In this document: positions 29,725 through 39,200 of the stretch, in pieces
Position numbering within the stretch: the stretch's first letter is position 1
Layout: every line of letters starts with the position of its first letter
Origin: Candidatus Marinacidobacterales bacterium
GTDB lineage: Bacteria > Acidobacteriota > Vicinamibacteria > Marinacidobacterales > DATDRI01
Length of the DNA: 64,000 nucleotides
Reading direction: 5' to 3'
Assembly (NCBI GenBank): GCA_965226495.1
Contig: OZ245365.1
Location: 2,848,001 to 2,912,000, forward strand
The notes under the pieces: model-generated
What the model was told of the DNA's origin: nothing
The model's input: only the letters and a program-made list of their open reading frames with translations
Database searches by the model: none
Position numbers and translations under genes: made by a program

Positions 29725-31101
29725 TCACTTGGCCTCCATCAGTTTCTCGAGGCCCTCGGGCGACCGGGGAAGCAGAGCTGTCAGGACCTCGGCCCCATCA
29801 TCGGTAACTAGCACGACATCTTCGATGAAGACTGCTATCTTCTTATCGTGGTTGTAGTAAATGGGCTCAACCGTAAAAACCATGCCCGGAGCAAGGACCG
29901 CATCCAAGCTAGCGGGGTCCGACGTGTCGAGCCCGATGTGGTGGCCATTGAATGCGGTGGGCTGCATGTATTTCCGCGCTTCGGGGGGCATTTTCTCCCC
30001 TCCGACCCGGGCTAGCTCGCGGTGACTCACACCCGGACGCACGGCGGCAATGATCGCGTCGGAAACAGCCGTGACCATGTCCAGTGTTCGTTTCTGTTCT
30101 TCGGTGAACTTACCGGACACGGGAAACGTCCGCCCCACATCGGTCACGTAATAGTCGAGCTCAGTGCCCACATCGAAGATGACGAGCTCCCCGTCTCGCA
30201 TCGTACGGTTACGACGATCGTAATGTGAGGCCAAAATCCGCCATGGCCACATGGAGTTCGGCCCTGACTTGATGATGGAGGAAAAAGCAACGCGCTGGCC
30301 GCCCCCCCGCTTGAAAGCGCCTTCCAGCACCGCTTCCAAAGTACGCTCGTCTACGCCGTCGCGAACCTCAAGAGCGGCGTCCATGATCGATCGTGCGGTC
30401 AGGGAGCAAGCGCGACGCATGACTTCGATCTCTTCCGGCCCCTTGATCATTCGAAGTTGCGCCATCTCGGCGTACGCAGAACGAATACGGATCCCGGGAT
30501 GGCTTCGCTGCAGATGAAAAATGAGCGACCCCGCATGGTTCGCGTAACTTACGAAGTCCGTTTCGGACGCCGATATCTCTCCGCGGTGCTCTGGGTTGAT
30601 CTTGAAGAGTCTATTAGATTCCGCCCACTCCATCACGAACTGCGCGAGATCTCGATAAGACCGGATCTCGGCCACGCCAGACACGCGGGCAAGTGCGGGG
30701 TCGTCCATCAGAGGACGGCCCGGAAAATCATTCGGGCGCGAGGGTTCGTCGAAGCGCGGATCTCTGGGTGGCACGAAGAGGGTCGTCGTCGCTTTATCTG
30801 CATCGATCGCCAAAACCGAGTCGGGAACCTCGAGACCGGTGAAGTAGAGGAAGTCGTTCGATTGTCGGAACGTCTCACCGTGCGAGCGTGCATGACGACT
30901 GGGTGCGAGGAAGATGCCCCCACCCTCGGCCTTGAGCACGGAGATCAAATTCGTTCGCCGTTGACGGTAGACGTCGGCATCGAATGGGAGCCGCGTCCAA
31001 TCGAAGAACCGCTCCTCGGGTGCGGAGAAGACTGCTAGTGCAATCGCGAGACTAGCAATTGCGATCGCCGTTTTGAGGAGCAGGAGGTTTTTTCGCTTCA
31101 A
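29725..31101 (-). CDS. Xaa-Pro aminopeptidase (M24B), probably exported
   Basis: FRQSNDFLYFTG; RMIKGPEEI; metal-ligand motifs FDVG, TDVGRT, GHHIG, TVEP, IEDVV; hydrophobic N-terminus. Confidence 0.9.
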   Translation of the reverse strand: MKRKNLLLLKTAIAIASLAIALAVFSAPEERFFDWTRLPFDADVYRQRRTNLISVLKAEGGGIFLAPSRHARSHGETFRQSNDFLYFTGLEVPDSVLAIDADKATTTLFVPPRDPRFDEPSRPNDFPGRPLMDDPALARVSGVAEIRSYRDLAQFVMEWAESNRLFKINPEHRGEISASETDFVSYANHAGSLIFHLQRSHPGIRIRSAYAEMAQLRMIKGPEEIEVMRRACSLTARSIMDAALEVRDGVDERTLEAVLEGAFKRGGGQRVAFSSIIKSGPNSMWPWRILASHYDRRNRTMRDGELVIFDVGTELDYYVTDVGRTFPVSGKFTEEQKRTLDMVTAVSDAIIAAVRPGVSHRELARVGGEKMPPEARKYMQPTAFNGHHIGLDTSDPASLDAVLAPGMVFTVEPIYYNHDKKIAVFIEDVVLVTDDGAEVLTALLPRSPEGLEKLMEAK

Positions 31102-31142
31102 GGTGCCATATGGGGATGCCGTTGCTGCAGCCGGCTCGAGGG

Positions 31143-31409
31143 CTACTTCTTCCCACTTAGACTGTGCTGGAGGACCTGCATTGCATTATTGATCCGACCC
31201 ATCTTGCGATTTCGGACCTGGATCGCTTGGGAGTCGTCGGTCGGCGGCTGGCTACCCCGTAGCTCTTGGAGAAGCTTCTGCAGCTCGAACTTGAGCTGCC
31301 CCAACTCCGTGCGATTAAAACGTTTCAAGCTCACCGCATTCATGAGTTGATAGCCTTCGGCGATCTGACTCGCCATGGTGTAAGCACTTCCACCCGCGAA
31401 ATTACCCAT
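31143..31409 (-). CDS. Small helical hypothetical protein (88 aa)
   Basis: ATG preceded by GAGG; amphipathic helical composition; fills the intergenic gap. Confidence 0.65.
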   Translation of the reverse strand: MGNFAGGSAYTMASQIAEGYQLMNAVSLKRFNRTELGQLKFELQKLLQELRGSQPPTDDSQAIQVRNRKMGRINNAMQVLQHSLSGKK

Positions 31410-31481
31410 TGTGTCGCGCCTCGAGGGACTTTGAACGGCATCGTAGCATCTTTGGTCAAGATTTGCAGTTGTCGATGCCCG

Positions 31482-33473
31482 CTAGCGGTCGACCCGCTCG
31501 AGGGTCACGCTATCCAGGAGCAAGATCTGTTTCGCCTCCTCGAATTGGGGATGGAGCGACAGGGTGTTGATGCCCCGGGGAAACAGTACCGGGGTTGAAA
31601 GCTGGTATTCGGAAAAGTCAGGGGTCGCCAGAAATCGGCCCACTTCGCTTTCGTTGACCGTGACGACCACCTCGACCGGTTGCGGTCGAACCGACAGCGA
31701 GAACGAGATGCGGAGGAGCTCTTCCCTTCCCATCGGAATGAAGACACGTGCCTTGGTCCGTCGCGTTACTCGTACCCAGCGTCCCGATCGAAGCTCCGGA
31801 GAGGCCCACTCCTGACCCATCAGAGCTCCATCCTCCTCTCCCACCTCGATGACCTCGCTCCCAAAGCGGTTGGGGAAGAAAAGGTAACGACCAACGACGG
31901 TGTCGAATTTGGCGGGCGACGCGTCGTGCCGAGAAGCGAACCACCAATTCACCGGCCATGAAAAGGGATAGCCGACCGTTTCGAAGAGAATCTCGGCACT
32001 GTTGCCGACGACTTCTGTAAACGAGACGGTCTCGTCGATGGGGATTCGATGCCGATGGTACTGTTCCATGAGAAGCACGGTCCAGACGGGAAAAAAAGCT
32101 AACAGCGCCGCTGCCGCCCACGCCGGCCGGCGAGACACGAAAGCCCGCAGATAGTCGAACGCCGCCGCGATGCCGAAGGCGAAGATTGGCAGCGCGCCAT
32201 CGAATCGTCGGTTGGAGAACGAGCCTCCGGCCCACCAATCCATGATGCACATGTTGACGTATGTCATAAGGATGAGACAGAACGTCATCATCCACACGGT
32301 TGTCCATCGCTTCCTGAGCAGCGGAATCAAGCCGAGAAAACCCAGCCACAGTAACGGCGTCCAGCTCAGAAGCCCGTGCCGCGAAGAAAAGAGCGTCTCG
32401 AAGACAAAGGGGCTCAAGTATCCGACGAAGCCAGCGCCGTGAGGGGGCCGCGCCAATAGATAATCACCGTAGATCGCCTTCCACGCGAGAAGCTGCGGCG
32501 AAAGCCCGACGAGAAAGCCCGCGAACAGAATTGGTCCCGCCAACAACACCGCACGATCCCGGCGCCACCCGGCCCACAGCCAGTCGAATAGCGGCAGAAA
32601 CAGCAGCAGGCCATTCTGCCATCGAACGCAAACCATCAACCCGCCGACGAGTCCCAATGCCAGAGCGTCCCTCCATCCCCGTTGGAGACGGCTTCGATCC
32701 CAAAACCAGATAAAAAGGACAGCGGTAAACGTTCCCAAGGCATGGCTCATCCACGGCTGATACACGATGTACCAATGCAGCTGCGTGCCGAACCAGACGA
32801 GCAACGTCGCCGCGAAGGCTGTGACGGGGTCGAAGTAACGGCGAAGCAAAGACTGTAGGAGGAAAACCGCCATGAACCCGTACAGCATCGAGCCCACCGC
32901 AACCGCATTCCAGTGGAACGGACCGTTACCCTTCAGATTCACCTCCTGTCCGGTCCACGCAGCTAAGCGGCCATTGAGCTCACCGAGAAGGAAGAAGGGT
33001 GACCAAAAAACCGCGGGACCGGCGGAGAAGATACTGCGACGGTGCCCGGTTCGTGTCGGAACCTCGAAGCCGTGCCGATCGGCAATACCGAGCAAGCGAT
33101 AGTCGTTCTCGAAGTTAACGTCGAAGTCTTTCCAGAAGGATCGGACGTAGGCAAAGTAGTTGAAACCATCCGACACCATTCGCTTCTCGAGGGAGTGAAA
33201 TTGAAAGACGCTCAAGAGCATCAACAGCAAGAGCACCAACGAGTAGCCATCTCTCCAACCCGAGAGTCGGTACAGGGCCGCTCCTAGCGTTGCGATGAGC
33301 AGCAAACGAACCGCCACACCGAAATCGCTGACGAGAATCCCGGACAAACACCAGTCACGACTGATCAAAACGGCAAACAAGTCCAGGGCTACCAAACCGC
33401 CAACGAAAACGAGTAACGGCGTTGTCCAACTGGGTCTACCCCCGAACAACTTCTGTTGGAAGCCACTCCACAT
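31482..33473 (-). CDS. GT-C-fold membrane glycosyltransferase (PMT/ArnT-like) with C-terminal soluble domain
   Basis: Many TM segments; SDG..YFAYVRS..DFD..FEND; GPAVFWSPF; SRHGLLSWTP; WWAGGSFSNRRF. Confidence 0.75.
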   Translation of the reverse strand: MWSGFQQKLFGGRPSWTTPLLVFVGGLVALDLFAVLISRDWCLSGILVSDFGVAVRLLLIATLGAALYRLSGWRDGYSLVLLLLMLLSVFQFHSLEKRMVSDGFNYFAYVRSFWKDFDVNFENDYRLLGIADRHGFEVPTRTGHRRSIFSAGPAVFWSPFFLLGELNGRLAAWTGQEVNLKGNGPFHWNAVAVGSMLYGFMAVFLLQSLLRRYFDPVTAFAATLLVWFGTQLHWYIVYQPWMSHALGTFTAVLFIWFWDRSRLQRGWRDALALGLVGGLMVCVRWQNGLLLFLPLFDWLWAGWRRDRAVLLAGPILFAGFLVGLSPQLLAWKAIYGDYLLARPPHGAGFVGYLSPFVFETLFSSRHGLLSWTPLLWLGFLGLIPLLRKRWTTVWMMTFCLILMTYVNMCIMDWWAGGSFSNRRFDGALPIFAFGIAAAFDYLRAFVSRRPAWAAAALLAFFPVWTVLLMEQYHRHRIPIDETVSFTEVVGNSAEILFETVGYPFSWPVNWWFASRHDASPAKFDTVVGRYLFFPNRFGSEVIEVGEEDGALMGQEWASPELRSGRWVRVTRRTKARVFIPMGREELLRISFSLSVRPQPVEVVVTVNESEVGRFLATPDFSEYQLSTPVLFPRGINTLSLHPQFEEAKQILLLDSVTLERVDR

Positions 33474-33572
33474 GACAAGCGGAAACTAGCACACCGACAC
33501 TCGAGAGGGGAAGTTGCCAGAGACGGAGTGAACTTGTGTCGATCTCGCTGCGGCACTAACATCGCCGGCGGC

Positions 33573-35492
33573 ATGTGGACGACGCTACTCGTTGGCGGGG
33601 GTTTGGTGCTGGCGGCCCAATCACTCATTGATCCGCTACGCCCAGCCGGCAGCATTTTGGGCCCTCTTTTGGCAGGGCTCGGCCTCGCCATCGCGGCGTG
33701 GCAGCAAGGCCCTTGGAAGCGTCTCCTCCTCCCTACTGTTCTCGCCGCGACCCTCGGGATTTCGGCGCACATCCCTATCGAGTTCCGCGCCGACTCGGCA
33801 CCTTATTTCGTCTACGTTCGCTCCGTCGTTTTCGACGGAGATCTCGACTTCGGGAATGAATGGGACAAGTGGGAATACGACAAAGGGCGCCCGACGCGGA
33901 CCGGATTGGTGAGAAACGCCCAATCGGTGGGCCCCGCGGTTATTTGGAGCCCCGCTTACTTGGGGACTCACACTTATTTGCTCATCGACCGCTGGCTGAC
34001 GGGAAAGGAGCGCTATCGGCTCGACGGCTACGGTCGGCCTTATCGCCGGGCGGTGGCTCTGACCACGTTGACCATGGTGGTCTTGGGAGCGGCCCTCCTC
34101 ATACAAGTATTGCTCCCGATGTTTGGTGCGCGGATCGCGGCGGTAGCAGTCATCGGCTCGGTCTTTGCCTCTCCGGTCCTTTATTACGCGTTTGTCGTTC
34201 CAACGATGGCGCACGGGGTCACGTTCGGCGCCGCCGCGATATTCATTTGGGCTTGGGATCGGGTCCGCCGCGTTCCCTCTTTGAAAACGTGGACGATTTT
34301 GGGTATGGCGCTCGGCTTGGTAACCCTCTCGCGCTGGCAGGGTGCCTTGTACGGTCTGATGGTACTCCCACTCGTGGCGCAGGGCTTAACGACGAAGACC
34401 CTACGTCCCGTTTGGCTGGCCGCTTCCGCGGGCGCAGGCTTACTCGTCTTCTCTCCTCAACTTATCGCCTGGAAGATCCTATTCGGTCGATGGCTCACCA
34501 TCCCCCAAGGGCGGGGATTCCTCAGCTTCTCGTCCCCACACCTGCTGGAGCCGCTCGTCTCCGCGAACCACGGCTTCTTCAACTGGACGCCGGCCATGTT
34601 TCTCGGATTCGTCGGCCTTGTCTTCGGTTTCAGCGGTTTCAGCGGTTTCAGCGGCCTCCACCGATCGCGCCTACTCTATGGCGGGAGTCTCCTCGTCTTC
34701 GTCGCCACCGCCTGGGTCAATGGCAGTGTCCCGGAATACGATTGGGCGGCGGGTGACGCCTTCGGTGCCCGGCGGTTTTCACTCGTTGTTCCCCTAATGG
34801 CACTCGGCTTGGGCGCGCTCTTGGAAGCCACGGTAGGGGTCTTGGCGCGGAAACCCTTGTTGGTACCGGCCGCCGTGTTACTCCTGCTCTCCCTTTGGAA
34901 CGTCGGCCTGATCTCTCACTTCCGTGCCCGAAAATACCGGGGGTCGGCACCACTCGAGCAAGTCGCCGCAGACCAGGCGCGAGGTCTACGACTCGCCAGT
35001 CAAGAGATTCTCGGTTGGGTTGCAGGTGAGCGAGGCCGTGCCTGGGCCTACGAAATTTTTTCCGCCGAGTATTTCTATACTCGGTTCAATCGTAGCGGAA
35101 CGATCAATCTCCGCTCCGCGGGTCAACAATACCTGTTGGACGGGTGGGGCACCGGCAGCCGCAGAAAAGCTGATCGCACCTTTCGTCGTGCCCTCCACCC
35201 TCAAGCCTGCGTGCGAGTCCCGCTCCAAGAACCCATTGACTTGAGGACGGTCGTCACTGCCAGGGCACCGGAGGGTCTCGCTTCTCAAGCACTAACCGTA
35301 GCACTCAACGGTGAGGCTCTGACGACCGTGCCGCTCTCCAATCAGTGGGAAGACATCAAGTTCACGATGCCGGCTCGACTCTTGGTACCAGGGGAAAACT
35401 CGCTCTGCCTTCGATTCTCTGATGCTCTCCCCCCCAACGAACAAGGCGGGGAGCGAGTCGCCGCTTTCGTGGAACGGATCCAACTTCCCTAG
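33573..35492 (+). CDS. GT-C-fold membrane glycosyltransferase, paralog of 31482-33473
   Basis: ADS..YFVYVRS..DGDLDFGNE; GPAVIWSPA; ANHGFFNWTP; WAAGDAFGARRF. Start uncertain (33528 or 33573). Confidence 0.75.
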   Translation: MWTTLLVGGGLVLAAQSLIDPLRPAGSILGPLLAGLGLAIAAWQQGPWKRLLLPTVLAATLGISAHIPIEFRADSAPYFVYVRSVVFDGDLDFGNEWDKWEYDKGRPTRTGLVRNAQSVGPAVIWSPAYLGTHTYLLIDRWLTGKERYRLDGYGRPYRRAVALTTLTMVVLGAALLIQVLLPMFGARIAAVAVIGSVFASPVLYYAFVVPTMAHGVTFGAAAIFIWAWDRVRRVPSLKTWTILGMALGLVTLSRWQGALYGLMVLPLVAQGLTTKTLRPVWLAASAGAGLLVFSPQLIAWKILFGRWLTIPQGRGFLSFSSPHLLEPLVSANHGFFNWTPAMFLGFVGLVFGFSGFSGFSGLHRSRLLYGGSLLVFVATAWVNGSVPEYDWAAGDAFGARRFSLVVPLMALGLGALLEATVGVLARKPLLVPAAVLLLLSLWNVGLISHFRARKYRGSAPLEQVAADQARGLRLASQEILGWVAGERGRAWAYEIFSAEYFYTRFNRSGTINLRSAGQQYLLDGWGTGSRRKADRTFRRALHPQACVRVPLQEPIDLRTVVTARAPEGLASQALTVALNGEALTTVPLSNQWEDIKFTMPARLLVPGENSLCLRFSDALPPNEQGGERVAAFVERIQLP

Positions 35493-35578
35493 CGCTATCG
35501 GTCGAGCACCCGATGCTTAGACACGTCTTGCCGAACTGAACCGAACTCAGTATGCTGGATACAACAGGAGTGAGAAAC

Positions 35579-36268
35579 ATGCGTTTCCATATGGCGATTT
35601 GGGCTTTACTTTTTCTGGCGACGACGACCCTCGCGGCGCCTCTCCCCCCTCCCCTGCAAAACCCCATGCGAGTCGGGGTCGTAGTCTTTGACGGGTTTCT
35701 CACCAGCGAGGTAACAGCACCCCTCGAAGTCTTTGCCAAAGCCTCATCCAAGGGTCCGCTCAAGTTCGAGGTCCTGACGGTGGCAGCGGAGAACCAGATC
35801 GTCACCAGTGAGGAAGGACTTCGACTCCAGCCCGATGTGGATTTTGCTAGCAGCCCTGCCCTCGACATCCTCATAGTACCCAGTTCGCTCGACGTCGAAG
35901 GACTCATGGCCGACCAAGCGGCGGTGGGATTCATTAGGGACCAAGGCGCCAAGGCCACTTACCTTGCAAGCAACTGCGCGGGAGCGTTCTTGCTAGGCAA
36001 GGCCGGTCTACTGGATGGTCGGCGCGTCACGACCTACATCGGTGGAAATGCCGACCTCCAGAAGAAATTCCCCAAGGCAAAGGTCATCGACGGCAAGCAC
36101 ATCGTGGTAGACGGGAATCTCGTTACTTCGATCGGTGGGGTGACAACCTACGACGCCACGCTCACTATGCTCGAGCGCATCACAAGTCCAGAGCTCGCCG
36201 ACAAGGTGGCAGACGCGCTCTACTATTTTTCTTGGCTCAAGAGAACCAGCTCGGGAGAAACTCCCTAG
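35579..36268 (+). CDS. Exported DJ-1/PfpI family protein
   Basis: AGGAG RBS; signal peptide; SEVTAPLEVF; nucleophile SNCAGA; VVDGNLVTS.GG. Confidence 0.85.
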   Translation: MRFHMAIWALLFLATTTLAAPLPPPLQNPMRVGVVVFDGFLTSEVTAPLEVFAKASSKGPLKFEVLTVAAENQIVTSEEGLRLQPDVDFASSPALDILIVPSSLDVEGLMADQAAVGFIRDQGAKATYLASNCAGAFLLGKAGLLDGRRVTTYIGGNADLQKKFPKAKVIDGKHIVVDGNLVTSIGGVTTYDATLTMLERITSPELADKVADALYYFSWLKRTSSGETP

Positions 36269-39200
36269 GGCGTAGTGGCGCTGATTATCGAAAAGGAATG
36301 ATTGTCAGCCTCGTCGCTGGTCTTGATGGCGAAGTAATACAGGGTCCCCGGAAGTAAGCCGCCGATTTCGAAGCTCTCCTGCGACCCCAGCGACTTGGGT
36401 GCGAGGCCGCTGGCCGCGAGCATCGCGCCATCGAAATTCGTGTCCGTGATCTCGACCGTGTCGTAGCGGATCTCGTAAGAGCTCGCTTGGCCCGTGTTGC
36501 CATCGTCGCCCGGCGCCCCCCATGTGAGCGTGGCATCGATATCCGAACCTCCGGTCTCCGACACTTCGACCCCTGCCAAGGCGGCGTAGAACTTTCCGTT
36601 CGAATATCGGTTCATCTCCGTAACCAACACCCTCACGTAGCGCCCAGATGTAGGAGGAAGATTGAAGGTGTACCACGTGGAGGGGTTTGCCACAAAGCCT
36701 GCTACGGTTACGGCGTCGGTGAAGTTGTTATTAGGGTCGTTGCCGACTTGAAGCTTGAACGACCTAGGAAAGAGGGCCACATTTTGATTGCTCGAGAGGA
36801 GACGCACCTGGCCCACTGAAACTTCCACACCCAGATCGAGTGTGATCCACTCCTGGCGGTGTTGCTTCACCCCCGGCGAAATCCAAAGAGTGGACGGATC
36901 GGCATCCAGCACGTTTGCCTCCGGCGATAGGGCACCCGAAGAGTTTTTCACGGCGAGAGACACAGGCGGGGACGCGAAGCCTACACTGAAGTTGGACACT
37001 TGAGCCGGGGCCTCTTCATCGAGCGTGCTTCCCAACACCACGGCGGATAGATCCGACATCAGGCCACCCGGGTCCACCGCCCTCACCGCACAGTTATAGT
37101 TGGTCTGATTAGCAAGGTTGGTGACTTCGAACGCGAGCGTGTTCCCCGGGCTCACAGGGGAGGGACCGGGGCCGAAGGGAGCGAGGGCCTCGAAATCGCC
37201 GACACCGCTAATGGCGGAAGTCGAGCAACCGATTTCGTAGTGGTCGACTGGCCCCGAGCCGTTGTCGCCTGCGTCGTTGGGAGGTTCGACGAATTCAATG
37301 GTGATGGAGCTTCCGGTGGCGAGGCCGTTCAGCACCTGGAGCCCGGTGATGGGGCCCGGCGGCGATCCCGGAGTGGAGACCTGTATCACGTTCGACAGCT
37401 CGGAGACATTGGAGCTGTCGTCTTCCGTCGTGATGGCGAACCAAAGCAGCTGCTCGGGAGGCAAACCGGTGAGGGCCAGAGTCTCGGGAGAACCCGCCGC
37501 CTGGGGCGCAGGAACCTCCTGGTCGGGCACGGGCGTCGCGTTGTCGAAGTCGTCATCATCCACTATCTCGGTTGTCGCGTAGTGGACGAGGTACTTGCTC
37601 GCCGTCCCCACGTCTAAATCGCCTCCCGGTGACGGTCCACGACAGCATCACGCCGTTCGTCGCGGGAACGTGGCGGAATACTTCGATCTCCGCCAGCTGT
37701 GCGTAGTACTTTTTGTTCGAGTACTGGTTCATGGCGGTAATTCGTATCCGCACGTAGCGTCCGGAGATGGGACTGGGTAGATCGAACGTGTACCAAGTGG
37801 ACGACGCGGCCACGAAGTTGGTGACCGTCAACCCGGTAGCAAAGTTGACTTGAGGGTCGTTACCCACTTGAATTTCGAACGACTTGGCGAAAAGCAGTGG
37901 ACTTTGATTGCTAGAGAGAAGCCGTACGCGCCCGACATCGACTACCGACCCAATATCGACCGTGATGTACTCGACCCGCGTCGGCTTGACACCCGGCGAC
38001 AACCAATAGGTGCTCTCGTCGTCGTCTACCGTGTTGTCTTCGTCGAAGCCTGACAACACTCCCGAGCTGTTGGCCGCGGTCAGGGGCGTCATCTCGCTGA
38101 ACGCTCCACCGCCGGAAGTTCCTTGCAAATCTACGATCGCCGCCGGCGGGATCCCATCGAGCGTCTCCATCTGCGCGTTGTTGGATGGTGGCGACACGTT
38201 GCCAACATCATCTCTGCTTGTGATGGCGAAGTAATAGTGAGTGCCCGGGTCCAGGTTGTTCACCGTCATCGCCTGGGTCGTCCCAGGATCCTGTGGGGTG
38301 GGCGGCACTTCGTCCGTCACCAACATCGTGGATGCGAAATTGCCGGCGCCGATGGGAAATTCCGAGTAGCGCACTTCATACGAAGTGACCTTCCCGCCGG
38401 AGGGTCCATCTTCTGTCGGGGCGTCCCAATCCAACTCCATGCTCGTTTTGGTGGGACCGAATGCGCGTAGGCTCGTAATCACGGCAGGAGGAACCCCTGG
38501 GGTCGCGATAGTCACGATGTTGGACAGGAGCGATCGGTTGCCCGCGTCATCGACGCTCGTCATAGCCGCATTGATTGTGATTTCGTCCGGCAAACCGGTG
38601 ACGGTTAGCGATTGCGTTCCGCCGAGCACCGGGGTGGGCTCGTTGGCAGCCTGGACCGCCGAGTTGTAGTCAAAGGGGATGCCGGCGGACGATCCGCGGA
38701 GATCGTACGTGGCGACGGGCTCCGTGCCGCCACCCTCGTCGTCCGCGGGAGCATCCCAGCTAAACACAAGGGTCCCGAAAACCGGGTTGTCTTTGAGTAC
38801 CTCCACTTCACCGATCAGGGCATTGTAGGGAAACTTGTTGGTGTAGAAGTTCGTGTCGGTGATCCAGATCCTCACATATTGGCCCGAGACGACCGGGGAC
38901 GCATCGAAGTCGTACCAGATGCCCGGTTGTGCAACGAAGTTTGCTTCGGTACGCACCGTTATGTAGTTCGCGTCGGGTTGGTCGCTGACCTGGAACTGGA
39001 AACCCTTCGGGAAGAGCAGCGCGCTGTCGTTGGTTGACGCCAGCAGGCGAATTCGGGCCACCGGCAACGTGGCCCCGAGATCAATGGTCACGAACTCAGT
39101 GGTGACGCTACTCTTGGAAGTACTTTGCCACTTGGTAGCTGGGTCACCGTCAGCGATGTTCTGTTTGGCGCCTGCGTTGCTCGTCCATTCGCTAGAGGCG

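Noticed and set aside
33456-33473. Head-to-head overlap of the two GT-C genes
   Set aside because: Results from the longest-ORF start; plausible starts at 33528 or 33573 remove the overlap.
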